NCBI GenBank assembly: GCA_951406725.2
Contig: OX597821.1
Location: 76,260,001-76,324,000, forward strand
DNA length: 64,000 nucleotides
DNA from: Octopus vulgaris
Taxonomy: Eukaryota
Reading direction: 5' to 3'
The notes under the pieces were generated by a model that saw only the letters and a list, made by a program, of their open reading frames with translations, ran no database searches and was not told where the DNA came from. The translations under genes and the position numbers were made by a program. Positions 1 through 13,242 of this stretch are shown here, in pieces (position 1 is the first letter of the stretch; each line of letters begins with the position of its first letter).

Positions 1-30
1 ATACATTATATTTATATCTATTTATCTATC

Positions 31-74
<44 letters not shown>

Positions 75-86
75 CGCATATATGCA

Positions 87-143
<57 letters not shown>

Positions 144-988
144 ATATGTATGTATTCTTGTGTACATGTTTATACACACGCACACATACATAAGCATAAA
201 CACATGCGAATATATAACAAAAACAAGCATACATATATATTTATGTATACACACACCCACACACACACACACACGCACACACATATGTTATATCATTGAA
301 AACTTGGGTCTGAAGAGTTTGGTCTCGAATATTTCTGGTAATTACACGCTGAAATCATTTCCATCTCATTACAATCTAAACTGCGCTGTCTGACCGTTAT
401 GGGAAAACTATAAACCATTTTAATTGGTTTAGAACTTTGTAACCGATCAGGGAAAGTGATCTATATTGTACCTGTTTAGGAGGAGACAGTCTCCTATTAA
501 ATAAATATATTAACAGATACTTTCTTCGTAATTTTCCTATTAGGATTGTCTTAGTCTTCATTTTTCCTATTAGACTTGTTTTTAATTCAAAACCCGATAA
601 AAAAAGACAAAGGTTAGACTTATATATCTTTGTATATATGTGTGTGTGTGTGTTTGCGCGTATATGTGTGTGTATGTATATCTATATATATTTGTATTCT
701 TATATATGTACATACACATATATGTACGTGTATGTGTGTGTTTGTTTATAGAATATGAGGGGTTTAGTTCATTGGTGATCTAAACGAATAGGTACGCTGA
801 GTAAGTGCTATAATTGGTCATCCGTTAAGTTCCAAGTTCACAGCTGAGATTGGAGCTAGGGATCCGTATTAGGCTTCCGAGTTAGCAGGTGTATATTATG
901 TTAGAAGGAAAAGGACAGCAAAACCCAAGGCAGGACAGGTAACTGAAAGTCATCTAGAATATTTAATTAGGATAAGGAGAATCTGAAG

Positions 989-1062
989 TCTTACAGCTGT
1001 TTCTGAGATTTCCCAAGTAGTGGGGCAGCATGTCCGTACACTGGATATTCCGTCATCAGAGA
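989..1062 (-). ncRNA. Minimal type I hammerhead ribozyme motif (PLE-type)
   Basis: Minus strand reads tct-CTGATGA-(irregular stem II)-GAAA-CAGCTG-TA-aga: intact core, palindromic stem III, GUA site, 3-bp stem I. Confidence 0.7.
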
Positions 1063-1466
1063 TAAGGTGAGTGAGTATAAATGTTCTAGACAGGGAAATT
1101 CAGTCTATAAGGAATAAAATAATGAATAAAATAGTAGAAAGAAGAATAAAGGGTAAAGCAGTAGCTAGAATAGAGACAGGAGAATAAAGTTCAAAGCTCA
1201 TCTCCTTCAAGAGGGTTTGGAGATCGTGAAGGCAATGGCCCTTGGGTATAATCCCAGATAAATCTAGACAGTATTTTGACAGTATTTTGAATGTTGCGTT
1301 CATGTTGAATACAAATTAAATTTTTTTCAGCTTATTGCACTTCGGTTCGAGAAAAAAATCAACAACTTTCACAATTTTTTTCACGTCGAAGTTCGATAAG
1401 CTGAAAAGAGTTATTTTAATTTACGGATAGCAACTGGAGTTGCAGTGTACGCGAACAAACATTTGT

Positions 1467-1661
1467 ATTTAGGGAATGGAGTAGGTAAAATCAAATTTCC
1501 TGCGAGTTAGCATGACGTTAATGCAAGCTTCATTTGGCTAAGGTATCTTCGGCCGGATGATTAGCTAGCGGAGTACTCCTCGTTGAGTAATTACTATTTC
1601 CGAGATTTTGCTAGCTAGGAAACATACGTAGCCTGGAGTTTACTTACTCCATTCCCTAAAT
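1467..1661. mobile_element. Small MITE with ~23-bp terminal inverted repeats
   Basis: atttagggaatggagtaggtaaa (1467-1489) vs tttacttactccattccctaaat (1639-1661); TA/TWA at both ends; no ORF. Confidence 0.55.
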
Positions 1662-2339
1662 TTGGAGATATATATACATTACATGTATATGGGTTTAGCA
1701 AAACCAATTTTTAGAAATAAAGGTATGTAATGTAGTCGTATGAATTGCAGTTTTAGGTCTGATATGTTATGTCCTCTGTTAAATGAATTCAGGACGGATA
1801 ATAAGAAACAAATTCAAAGACAAATTGCAATTGACCGTTCGGAAATATTATTACTCTTGCTAAAATTTGATACAGCAAACTAGTAGGACGTTAACAATTG
1901 TCAATAGATTGTAGAGTTTTAAATGTTCATAAAAATGAAGATAGAATAGTTAGAAAAACCTGAAATACAACATTACAAAAATTCTGGTTACAATTCTTTT
2001 CAAATATTGATAAAACGCGAAGCATAACGTCAAGGATTCTGGTTTGAATTCTGTTCAAGCTAAAAACTGCAAAGTGAAATCAAACTGTTCTCTCATCAAG
2101 ATCCCAGGTCGCTCGTAGCAAAACTCTCCTCCCTAGGGACTTAGCGGACCGAAATTTCCTATTTTATTGTTGATGAGCAGACGCTAGGCTAGTCCATCTC
2201 GTTAAAGAGGTGGACAGTCCAAATAGAACTAAATGGATCCGACCATTACGTGGTGAACCAAAATGGGTAGTTAAAAGTCAAAAGCCACAATGTGGACAGC
2301 TAAAGTTCAAGAGCGATCGTGCTTCTGCTACATAGGTGT

Positions 2340-2540
2340 GAATGTCTTTGTGTCTGTGTTTGTCCTCCACCACCGCTTGACAACCGGTGTTGGTGTGTTT
2401 AACAGTTCGGAAAAAGAATCTGATAACATAAGGACCAGATTTTAAAAAGATTAAATAACTGGGGTTAATTCATTCAGCTAAAAGTTCTTCAAAGTGGTGC
2501 CCCAGCATGGCCGTAGTCAAATGACTGAAACAAGATAACA
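2340..2540 (+). mobile_element. 3' part of SINE family A
   Basis: Matches the 3' half of the full copy at 42722-43130 (cgcttgacaaccg...ccagcatggccgtagtcaaatgactgaaac). Confidence 0.8.
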
Positions 2541-4394
2541 CATAACATTTCTGGTATGACTGAATGTTTCAGTCGTCTTTCTGCAAAATATGAGAAAAGC
2601 GACGCGTTGGTATATTCACGTTTGTTGGATCCTCTCGACACTAAGAGTTTCCATTTTACTACAAATTCCTTTCAGATCACTCTAGCAAGAACTTGCAGAG
2701 CATTATATTTAGGGGATGTTTTGCTCATAAGTGCTCCGGGTCGGCCTCTATCTTAATTCAAACTTTGGTGACACCTGTTTATTTAAAGGTCAGCGACATT
2801 ATTTGGTATTTGATACAGTCACCGTCTTCTCTGAATGACGAGTTTACTGTTTGAATCTCAGAGTAGAAGACACAGCTTTCGATAAAGTGGTCTTTAAAGC
2901 TGCCGATAAATATGATGCGTGTTACAGGTCTCATTGTAAAGATAAAGATCACCACATAACTGACGAGTGTTGGCTTCGTTGCTGTGCAGCAAAGAAATCT
3001 GCTGCTCATGAATATATGGGATCTATTAGTGTGAGGTACTTTAGATTGACTACTTAAAACTAGTCATAATGTGTTGGCAGAACGACACTTCAGCTTAAAA
3101 GATTTACTCACACAAAAATGAAAAGTAAAACAAAGATTCTTAGTAAGTTCTTTAAAATACTTCGGGAAAAAATGTTTTTCATTTTTCCTTTTTTCTTATC
3201 TAATATTTTAAAAACTCTACTGAGAACGGACTGGGTGTGTATTTATGTTTTAAATTGGCTGTTTACCTACTATCTACCCGAGAAGCTATAAAGCATTTCC
3301 CCTCCTTCTTTCTCTTTTATCAACCCACGGAAATAAACGTGCACTTGGAATATGGCTAGGTTTATGGCTAGGCAGATTTTTGAATAATGTAAATCGTGTT
3401 GGTGTTAATGTATTTAAAATGCTAATAGTAGAAGTAAAGTTTTTATAATAAACCTAATCTTAAGTACATAAAGGAAGAGAAGAATCTCCATATGACTTCT
3501 TTAAATGGTCTTGATGGCTGAGATGTAGGAAAATTACATAGCGTATCGGAGATTTCTGAACTAGATTTAAAGACACTTAAGGAGATTTATGTATTTATTT
3601 AATGTAGCAGTTGATGACCGGTCATCGACTTTGAAATAAAAAGAAAACAAAAATGTTTCCTTCGTTAAGCAATTTTGTTCTAATCTCGGCTGTAATAAAA
3701 ATTTGAAGAATCCCCCTCCCTCTTAAAATCTCTTGAACAGAAGGCAACAAAAAAATAGAACGCATCGCCATTAAAAAAAATTGACTAATATTATTTTTCA
3801 ATAAGAATACATGACAAAGAACACTGCTATAGTAATAGAGGAATAGCAAAAAATGTTTTGAAATCTGTGCAATATGGTACATTCAGTCGGCAATCTTCTC
3901 TAAGAAGAGCTAATTTCCTTCTTCAAATTGTCTAAAATTGATTATTATTTTGTTTTTTAATGAAGTATCTTTAATGAGTCCTCGATTTATAAAATCGGTG
4001 ATTTAGCTTTTGAAGCCTCGTAGCAAACAGATAACATTATTTTCTTAGTTTTAAAATGGCGTTGAAGAAAATAGTTTGGGGTGGGTATTTTTTACTTGAT
4101 TGCTTTCTTAGTGCCAGGTAAATGGAAATTTCCCCCTAAAACTTAAACTATCTCTGAACACGTTTACGAACGATAGTCGCCGTTAAAAGAACATTAAAGT
4201 AAGGTAAATGGTATGGGAGAGAGGAGTAACTTATGATCTTAAATGCGAACATTCTTGATGTCATTATAATAGTAAAGTGAAGGAGAAGGCGTGGAAGGGC
4301 GGCGGTATTAAATACCTTACGGTATTTATGTTCTTTTTAGATTCTAAACTCACATTTTTGCATGTTGTTCTACTGGGAGTCATTAAAATATATA

Positions 4395-4735
4395 GCGTTC
4401 TGAGTTCAAATCCTGCTAAACTAAACTTTGCCTTTCATCCTTTTGGGGTCAATATAATTAAGTACCAGATAAGTAGAGGGGTCAATGCTATCAGCTACTC
4501 CCTCTCCCATCAAAATTACTAACCTTGACCCAAAATTTGAAACTTATTATTTTCGTTGGGTTTGGGGAAAATGCTTTCCTGCGTTTCTTCCGGGTCTTTA
4601 TGTTCTGAGTTCAAATCTTAGCGACATCAAATTTCCTTTCATCGCTCTGGAATCGATTAATTAAACCACCAGTCAAGTAGTGGGGTCGATGGTAAAAGCA
4701 AATCTCCCTTCAAAAGAACTGGCCATGTGCTAAAG
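4395..4735 (+). mobile_element. Two degenerate fragments of SINE family B
   Basis: gttctgagttcaaat...cctttcatc...ggggtc motifs occur twice, shared with 44668-45020. Confidence 0.6.
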
Positions 4736-4759
4736 TAATTACATTCATCATCATCATCA

Positions 4760-4815
<56 letters not shown>

Positions 4816-4818
<3 letters not shown>

Positions 4819-5624
4819 TAGTTTTATTTTTATAATGTGCTTTCACTTCACTACCGAGCGCAGCTCTGTGTGCCTTGGGTATGTGTTGTGAGTTGTTGTG
4901 GTGCCCTCATGGCTACTGTATTGAAAGTGTTTTGCGTAGAATGTGTGCAGTGCCCAGTAGTGCAATTTTCTGTATGTTATATATACTTGTTAGTCCTGGT
5001 GTTTTTGTTATGTATTTGTCTGAGTATTTTTTATCATACCTAATGCGCCCACTATGATAGGAATTGTTTCTGTTTTTAGACTCCACATTCGAGTTACCGC
5101 TATTTCCTGGTCTTTGTATTTTGAAAGTTTCTCCATTTTTTTTAGAGTCACGTTGTCATTTGTTAGTGTTGATACATCAATTAGAAAGCATTTTTTTCTT
5201 CTTGATCTCTGACAACTATATCTGGTCTGTTGGCCTTAATTTCTCTATCTGTGTGTATTGGCATATCCCAGAGTATGGTTGCTTTCTCATTTTCTGTAAC
5301 CTTTTCTAATGTGTGCCTATGAATATATTCCTTCTTAGCCAGGATTGGGCAGCCAGAGATAATATGATTTATTGTTTCTTCTCCATCTCCACATATTCTG
5401 TAGTTACTTCTTATGTTTTTTTCCATTATATGTTTTTGGTAATTTCTGGTAGAAAGGCTTTGATCTTGTGCTATGATTAAAACTCCTCCAGTCTCTGCTT
5501 TGAGTCCTGAGCTTCTCATCAATTGTTGGGATTTTGCTTTGTCTTTTTTGCGTTTAGTTTAGCTCAGTATTTGCCATAAAGAGGCTTTTCTTGCTATCGT
5601 GCCTGGTGCTGCATTCAGGCATTT
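4816..5624 (-). mobile_element. Internally deleted R4/Dong-like non-LTR retrotransposon with (TAA)n tail
   Basis: ORF 5181-5522 has AQDQSL, RICG..ETINHIISGCP and NRPDIVV (RLE domain); near-identical to 40440-41180; (ATT)n run at ~4763-4815. Confidence 0.9.
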
Positions 5625-5879
5625 ATGATTATTATTTTAGTGAGCCTGTCAGCTCGCTGCAAGAAAAAAGAGCTCGTTTCGTGAGAATTTCCCGCTTTAA
5701 AGGCGAATTTTTATATTGAAAATTGAAAATTTATTTCAGAACACAAAAGCAAAAAGTAACAATATGGCTTCTCAAATCGTGGATGCCTGTTGAAACAGCT
5801 ATTCTGTGGTTATTTTTTTAACCCTAATTGATATGGTCAACAGACAAACTACATACAACAAAACAACGACAACGTCATT

Positions 5880-6577
5880 GACCGTGACAGAGAAAGTTGA
5901 GCGGAGAATCTGCATCAAGTTTTGCCAAAATTTTGGCGATACCTGCTCAGAGTCCTACGCAAAGTTTTCAAAAAGTTTTCACCGTTCTCGACACAATCAG
6001 GGAGATTTTGTGCAACTGAAACCCGGGTGTCTTTTTGGTCGTCTGAAAGCAGTTTCGGCACAAACTTGATAGACACGCGTTTCATACCCTAATATTCAGG
6101 GACAATGGACTGAACTGAAAGGTTCATCCTCTGATATCTCACGGATGGTGATTCTACGATTTCCTCTCACAGCTGCCCACACATCTGTGATGTTTTTCGC
6201 AGGTCTGCTGGGTGCAGGTCTCCCCAGAACGTTCGTCACAATAGACGTTTTTACGGCCTCGTAGGAAACGTCTGATACACTCGTACACTTGTGTGCGGCA
6301 CATACACTCCTCTCAATACAGTTTCTGTAACTTTGCGTAGGCCTCTGAGCAGGTATCGCCACGACACCTTACTCTGTCAAGGTCAATGCAACAATCACGC
6401 GCTACACACATTCCTTCCAAGCACTGCTGTAAACAGTGGAATTGAGCTAGAATACAAAAACCTAGTGCGCATGCATAGCAGAGATCAAGGTCAACCTGTG
6501 CCAAGCGGCTTCCCTCTACACGCTTTAGCTTTGTTACAATGTCAACAGTCCGGATACTTATTGATCAGACCTCGTAC
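5880..6577. mobile_element. Rearranged mariner transposon remnants
   Basis: Plus: TEKVERRICIKFCQ (mariner N-terminal HTH). Minus: GRP...NRRITIREIS. TIR-like tacgaggtctgatcaataagtatccggact ends at ~6577 and recurs at ~45040. Confidence 0.7.
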
Positions 6578-6849
6578 AGGGGAATTACTTTAGTTGAATA
6601 CATTGCACACCTGTATAACACCCCTATCCACGGAGAAATTATCAAAACAACACAACGAGATTACAACAAGCAGATAGCAAAATATCTCAGAAGCGCAAAG
6701 CATTTTGTCCATGTTATCGATTCTGCTCCCCTGTCGCCTTGATAGTACATACAAAATGATAACACATAAACACATAAGTTTATATACAAACATGCACACA
6801 CACGCACAGTCATACACATACACTTGTATAAATAAATAAGTAAATATAT

Positions 6850-7180
6850 TTTGGAGTAAAGATTTGTTTGCCAACATAACATGGCAGTCCTGGTTTAGGA
6901 CGAATGTTGCTGTAATTTAGCCCCAGGAGATATCGTCTCCAGCTGGCTATACGATATGATCTGTGTCCTTATATTTTCGATCAAGGAATCTAGCACCCCC
7001 ACTCAGCTCAAAACAATATCTGTGTATCACGATTTCCGGGTTATTTCCCTTCATTAGCACAGAATAAACAGATCGTGTCGTATAGCCAGCTGGAGACGAT
7101 GTTTATGGGGCTAAATTACAGCAACATTCGTCCTAAACCAGGACTGCCATGTTATGTTGGCAAACAATCTTTACTCCAAA
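6850..7180. mobile_element. Fold-back mini-element with ~115-bp inverted arms around an HHR motif
   Basis: 6850-6964 is the near-perfect reverse complement of 7068-7180. Confidence 0.85.
7019..7063 (-). ncRNA. Minimal HHR motif with G5A core change
   Basis: tctgtg-CTAATGA-aggg aaataa cccg-GAAA-TCGTGA-TA-cacaga; 6-bp stem I. Confidence 0.7.
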
Positions 7181-7452
7181 GGACTTTTGCTGAATATTTC
7201 ACGTTGTGAGATTTTAAAATAGTAATTTTCTATATATATACTATATATGCATACATATATATAGAGAGAGAGGGGGAGAGAGATCTTCCTTTTATGTCTA
7301 GTTATAAGAAAAGCAGTTTTGAATGCAACAGAAGCATTGCTCAATACATATTCATTACACTTAGAGAAGAGTTGAACAGAGGGATTTGGATGTTTCGGAT
7401 TGTTCTGTCATGGCCGACACTTTGAAATTACCGTTACCTGTAAAGTTATGAC

Positions 7453-7498
<46 letters not shown>

Positions 7499-7501
<3 letters not shown>

Positions 7502-8357
7502 TTCAGCTAAGAGCTGCGGCCATGCTAATGCACCGCCGTTTTGCGCTACACTGTTATTACTAGGAGCCTCCTCTAATATGTGGCACTTGATGAAGAATGG
7601 AGTTTGATATAGCTACCCTCATTTGCACCTCTTGCCGTGAGGTAGGCTCATCTGGGACTCTCGACAGGAAGAGGTCCAGCATTGATTTAAAACCCCCTAC
7701 ATCTACTTTGTGCATGTTCCTCAGACTCTTTGGGAGAATATTAAAAAGCTGTGGGCCCTTGAAATACAGGCTGTTGCAGTAAATGGTCCTGAAGCGTGAT
7801 GGCATTGCTGGGATCTTTGGCACCATGCAGTGTCGTCCCATTCTGGCATTGGTGTAGCTTTCAATGCCAAAATTTGGCACAATTCCTTCCAGGATCTTCC
7901 AGATATATATTACTGCATACCTCTCCTGTCTTCTCTCCAGGGAGTAGAGTCTTAGCTATTTCAACCTTTCCCAGTAGCTGAGCTGTTGCAAAGAGACGAT
8001 CTTCTTTGTGAATCTTCTCTGGATTGCTTCAACGTCCGCTGTTAATCTCACACTGGTGTGTGACCATAGCTGTGAGCAGTAATCCAGGCGACTGAGGACG
8101 AATGTCCGCCAGAGGAGCATCATGGTTTCCTTATCTCTGGTTCTGAATGTTCTTAGGATCCATCCAGCTAGTCGTCTGCACTTTGTCGCCATCCTGGTAA
8201 TGTGAACTTGGAAAGAGGTATCATGACTCATGTCGATACCCAGGTCCCTCACTGATTTAGGCTCTGGGACTGAAATTCCCTGTGGACCGGTGTACCCTGT
8301 AAGTGTACCCTGTAGGTCTAATATTCAGTTTTGGATGCTGGTAGCACAGGGCCTGGA
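7499..8357 (-). mobile_element. 5'-truncated CR1-type LINE (RT C-terminus and 3' UTR)
   Basis: ORFs 7956-8252 (RDLGI...LSRLDYCSQLWS) and 7560-7880 are homologous to the 3' end of the LINE at 10215-13206; same 3' stem-loop. Confidence 0.9.
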
Positions 8358-8388
8358 ATATATATATATATATATATATATATATGAC

Positions 8389-8489
<101 letters not shown>

Positions 8490-8638
8490 TACATACATAT
8501 ATAAAAAAATTTAGATTAAGATGAATATGGTACTTAAGCTGAGGCACCAGAATTTAGTACCGTATTATCCATACAATTTCAAAATAAGGTGATTAAAATT
8601 AAAATAAGCATGTATATATATATATACATACAAACATG

Positions 8639-8676
<38 letters not shown>

Positions 8677-8780
8677 CACACATACAAACAAACATACATA
8701 CATGTGTGCGCATATATGTATGTATCTGTGGGTATCGGTGTGAATAGTGTACATATTTACATACATATATAAATCTGTAA

Positions 8781-8822
<42 letters not shown>

Positions 8823-8854
8823 AACATACATATATATATGTGTGTGTGTGTGTG

Positions 8855-9177
8855 AAGGCGTGTGGCTTAGTGGTTAAGGCATTCTACTCACGATCGAAAA
8901 GTCGTGAGTTCAATTCCCGGCGACGCGTTGTATCCTTGAGCAAGACACTTTATTTCACGTTGTTCCAGTCCACTCAGCTGGCAAAAATGTGTTGTACCTG
9001 TATTTCAAAAGGGCCAGCCTTGTCACACTCTGTGTCACGCTGACTCTCCCTGAGTACTACGTTAAGGGTATATGTGTCTGTGGGGTGCTCAGCCACTTGC
9101 ACGCTAATTTCCCGAGTACGCTGTTCCGCTGATCGTATCAGCTGAGACCCTCGTCGTCGTAACCGACGGAGTGCTCC
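8855..9177 (+). mobile_element. tRNA-derived SINE, family C
   Basis: A-box tggcttagtgg and B-box gagttcaattcc, then CORE/Meta-like ttgtatccttgagcaagacactt; sits in a microsatellite. Confidence 0.75.
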
Positions 9178-10214
9178 TTTTTTCATATGTCAGTATATCT
9201 GAATGCATGTATATATACTTACAAATTTATATATAAAGGTAGTTACGTATACACACACACACACACACATATTTGCACCAACGCACACAGATAGTAATGT
9301 GTGTATGTGTGTGTGTCTGTGTGTGCGTGTGTGTGTAAGTGTACGTACGCACCTGCGTATAATACTTCTAGTTTTAGACATGTACCTAAAATGACCCATA
9401 TATATATATATATGTATGTATGTATGTATATTTACATAAATACTTTTATTAAGTTTATATATTAATAAATAAGAACAACTAATTAAAATTAAAATTAATT
9501 TGTTATAAATTTATCGCGAATACTAAATAGGCAAATATAGATTTAAGTTGATAAAAGAAGCCACTTATATTATAAGGTTTCTCATTATTAACTACAAATT
9601 TCTAAAATAATTTCTTTGTTTAGAATCGTAATCGTCATTCATATTTCTGTTGAGCTTTTTCATAACCGCCTTTTCTTTTTTCGTTTCTTCTCACCGGGCA
9701 ATATTTTATTTTGTTTTGGATTATTTCGACCAACATCCAATATATTTTCGTAACGAAATCAAATTACTTTTGTTATATGTGTTTTTCTCATAGTCGTCTC
9801 TTCAATCAAACCATCATCTTCATATTTCCACGAACGTAACTTCATCTGTTATTTGGGAGCTACAATGGACACGTCCTCTAGCAAATAACTTGTTAGTATT
9901 CTAACAATAAAATCGCTTATTATCAGCCATGATACATCTAACAATCAATACAATAAAACCCGGATAAAACTTATAAAACATTTTACAAAAACATATCTAA
10001 AGTATTTCAGAGAAATGCTTAAGTATCTTATTAAAGACTTTATGTGGTTAGGGAACTTCATGTCCGGAGTTCAATCTGACCGTTGACGAATTTGGGTTTT
10101 CATAATTCCAAGAACGATAGACAAATTTATGTATAAACACACACACACACACACACATACATACACACACGCACGCACGCACACATACATTCACATACCT
10201 ACTTGCATACTTTT

Positions 10215-13206
10215 TGATTGATTGATTGATTGATTCTAGTTTCAGCTTATGAGCTGTGGCCATGCTGGGGCACCGCCATTTGGTGTTGCTACTTGGTTTC
10301 ACTTCATGGAGGCTTTCTAGCAACTGCTATTTGGTGCATGAGAGAGTTCGATGCAGCTGCCCTCATCTGCCCCTCCTGCCGTGAAGTTGGTTCATCTGGG
10401 ACACCTGACAGGAAGAGATCCAGCTTCATTTTAAAGACATCTGTATCCACCCCATGCAGGTCTCTCAGGTTCTTCGGGAGGATATTGAAGAGCTGTGGGC
10501 CTCGGAAGCCCAGGCTATCACAGAATCTTGTCCTACATCTTGATGGCAGGTTTGAGTCCTAGGCACCACGCAGTGGCGCCCAGTTCTGGCATTTGCGTAA
10601 CTCTCGATGCCAAAGTTCAGGACACTTCCCTCCAGGATCTTCCAGATGTATATTATGGCATATCTTTCCCGCCTACGCTCCAGGGAATATAATTTTAATC
10701 TCTTGAGTCTTTCCCAGTAGCTTACATTCTGCATAGAGGCTATCTTCTTTGTGTAGCTTCGTTGGATCGCCTCAAGTTCTGTGATCAACTTGACACTGGA
10801 TGGTGACCATAGCTGAGAGCAATAGTCAAAGTGGCTTAGGACAAGTGTCTTCCAGAGGACCATCATGGTTTCTTGTTCTCTTGTTCTAAAGGTTCTAAGA
10901 ATCCATCCAGCCAGCCGTCTACATTTCATTGTCAGTTTAGCAACATGTACATGAAAGGTCGCGTCATCACTCATGTGAATACCCAGGTCACGCACTGATT
11001 GTGCTTCTGGGATTGCAATCCCTCCGGGTCCAGTGTATTCATTGGGTATTGCATTCAGTTTTGCATGCTGATAGTATAAAGCTTGAAACTTTCCAGCATT
11101 GAACTGCATGCTATTCTTTTCAGCCCACTTGTATATTTCGTCCAGCTCACATTGCAGGTGTTTAGTGTCCTCAGGGTTCTGTATTGCCTGTGAAACTTTT
11201 GTATCATCTGCATAACTTGTGATCGTGGCTCTCTGCGTGGCTGAGGGCATGTCTGAGAGGGCCATTATGAACAGTAGTGGTCCCAGAACAGTGCCCTGCG
11301 GAACACCGCTCACTATTTGTGTGTTAATGGAGGTGGCCCCATTGGCTACTACCACCTGACTTCTATCCTTCAGAAAGTCATGAAGCCATTCTCCCAGTTT
11401 TCCAACTATGTTGAGATCACGCAGTTTGTGACATATCATTCCATGATCGACTTTATCAAAGGCCTTTGCAAAGTCGAGATATATCACTTCCACATTTGAA
11501 TGGTTGAGCAGCCGTTGAGCAGTGTTGTAGGAGCTGAGTTAAACAGCTTCTCCCTGGTCGGAAACCATGTTGGGTGTCGGGCAGCAAGTCATTCTCTTCA
11601 AGGAAGGTGATCAGCTTCCTTCTGACTATTCGTTCCATGACCTTGCTGATGTGTGAGGTCAGAGAGATAGGTCTATAGTTCTTGGCTTCCGCTCTGCTAC
11701 CTCCTTTATGAATGGGGCATATTTTACCTTCCTTCAGTTTTCCTGGAAGTTTGCCAGCTGCAAGGAAGCTCTGAAAGAGGAACTGCAGTGGTCTTGCTAG
11801 GACTCTCTTACATGCTTTTAGGAGGATTGCCGGGAATCCATCGGGGCCAGTAGCTGAGTCTGTTTTCATTTCATCTATAGCCTTGGTTACATCGTCTTCC
11901 TTTATATCGATGTAATCTATCGTCGCTGCCTCTGATTTTATATCTGCAGTGGTAAAAAAGTCAGTTGGATTGGTGATTTGGAGATGCCCAAGGGGTGGAG
12001 TGAAAACACTCTTGAATTGCTCATTCAGTATTTCACTTACCCTCATTGGTTTTCCTGTAAGTGTGCCATCCTTTTCGAGGAGTGGCCCTATTCTACAGTG
12101 CACTGTAGCTGTTTCTTTGGCATACCTGTAGAAAGCTCTGGGGTTAGATTTTATGTTTTCTATAGCCCAGGCTTCTTTGTCTGCTCTTTCTTTTTCATGG
12201 GAGAGTTGCAGACATTTTTCGATTTCCAACAGTTTTATTTTTAGGCGGGACTTTTCACTGCTTTCAATCTGTTTGTTTAGGCGATTTGAAAATTTCGTAC
12301 GCCGTCTCATTAAAATTTTCCTCTCTCTGGGGATTTTGTTCTTGTGTACAGTGGCCTTTCTCTCTGGGACACATTTGTAGCATATGGCTTGCATTACAGA
12401 CATGAATTGTTGGAGTTTCACGTCGATGTCTGGCGAGGAGAGACATTTAGGCCAGTTTTGTTTGAGGATCTCTTTCTCAATTTGTTTCCAGTTTGCCTTA
12501 TGGTAGTTCAAGCTGGAAAGATTTTGAGGGTTTCTTGTAGGCTGCATGTCCGTGCTCTCTTTTGGCCCGTACATGGTCAGCTCTATCATGTTGTGATCCG
12601 AGAGTAGTGTCGGTGTCACTTTCACATTATGGATGAGATCCATGTCATTTGTGAAGCAGAGATCCAGTGTGTTACCTGCCCTGGTTGGTTGGAGTATTAC
12701 CTGCTCCATGTACAGGGTGTTGATGAGGTTCAGGAGGGACCTCGCCTGTCCTCGTTCACATCTTGTCATTCCTGGGAGAGAAAGGCCCTCGGGCCATCTG
12801 ACATTGGGCAGATTGAAGTCTCCCATAAGAAGCACACCTATGTGTTGTTCTAATGTGGTTAGAATTTCTTCTATTTTTATAAGGCAGTCTTCAAACTTGC
12901 CCACATGGCTTGGGGCATCTGGAGGGCGATATGTAGCACACACAACTACATCAAGTTGCCTAATATGTACAATTAGTGTGTCACACACCGAGTTTGAGTA
13001 TGACAAGAGGACCTGGGGTGTGAGGTCCTCACGGATGTACATAGCAACACCTCCATGACTCCTTTCTTTCCTGTCGGTCCGTAGTACAGCATATTGTGGT
13101 ATGTGTAACTCCGCATCTGCTATGTCCGGTTTCAGGTGCGTTTCTGTAAGTGCTATGCATATGGCTTGATTGCATGCAACAAAGTCTCTCAGGAACGGGA
13201 TCTTTG
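10215..13206 (-). mobile_element. CR1-clade LINE: near-complete ORF2 (AP endonuclease + RT), 5'-truncated, frameshifted
   Basis: ORF 11456-13042 (YRPP, MGDFN, LDLCFT, SDH, NYRPISLTS, QHGF) and ORF 10465-11493 (YLDFAKAFDKVDH, GVPQGTVLGP, YADD); frame break at ~11490-11520; (AATC)n tail at 10215-10235. Confidence 0.95.
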
Positions 13207-13242
13207 TATATATCTTATATATATATATATATATATATATAT

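Noticed and set aside
2779-3057. Overlapping 68-aa and 76-aa ORFs
   Set aside because: In-frame stop just upstream on the plus strand and no recognisable domain.
8855-8930. tRNA-like sequences here and at 42722, 34587, 54713 and 57153
   Set aside because: They are SINE heads continuing into SINE bodies; no complete cloverleaf seen.
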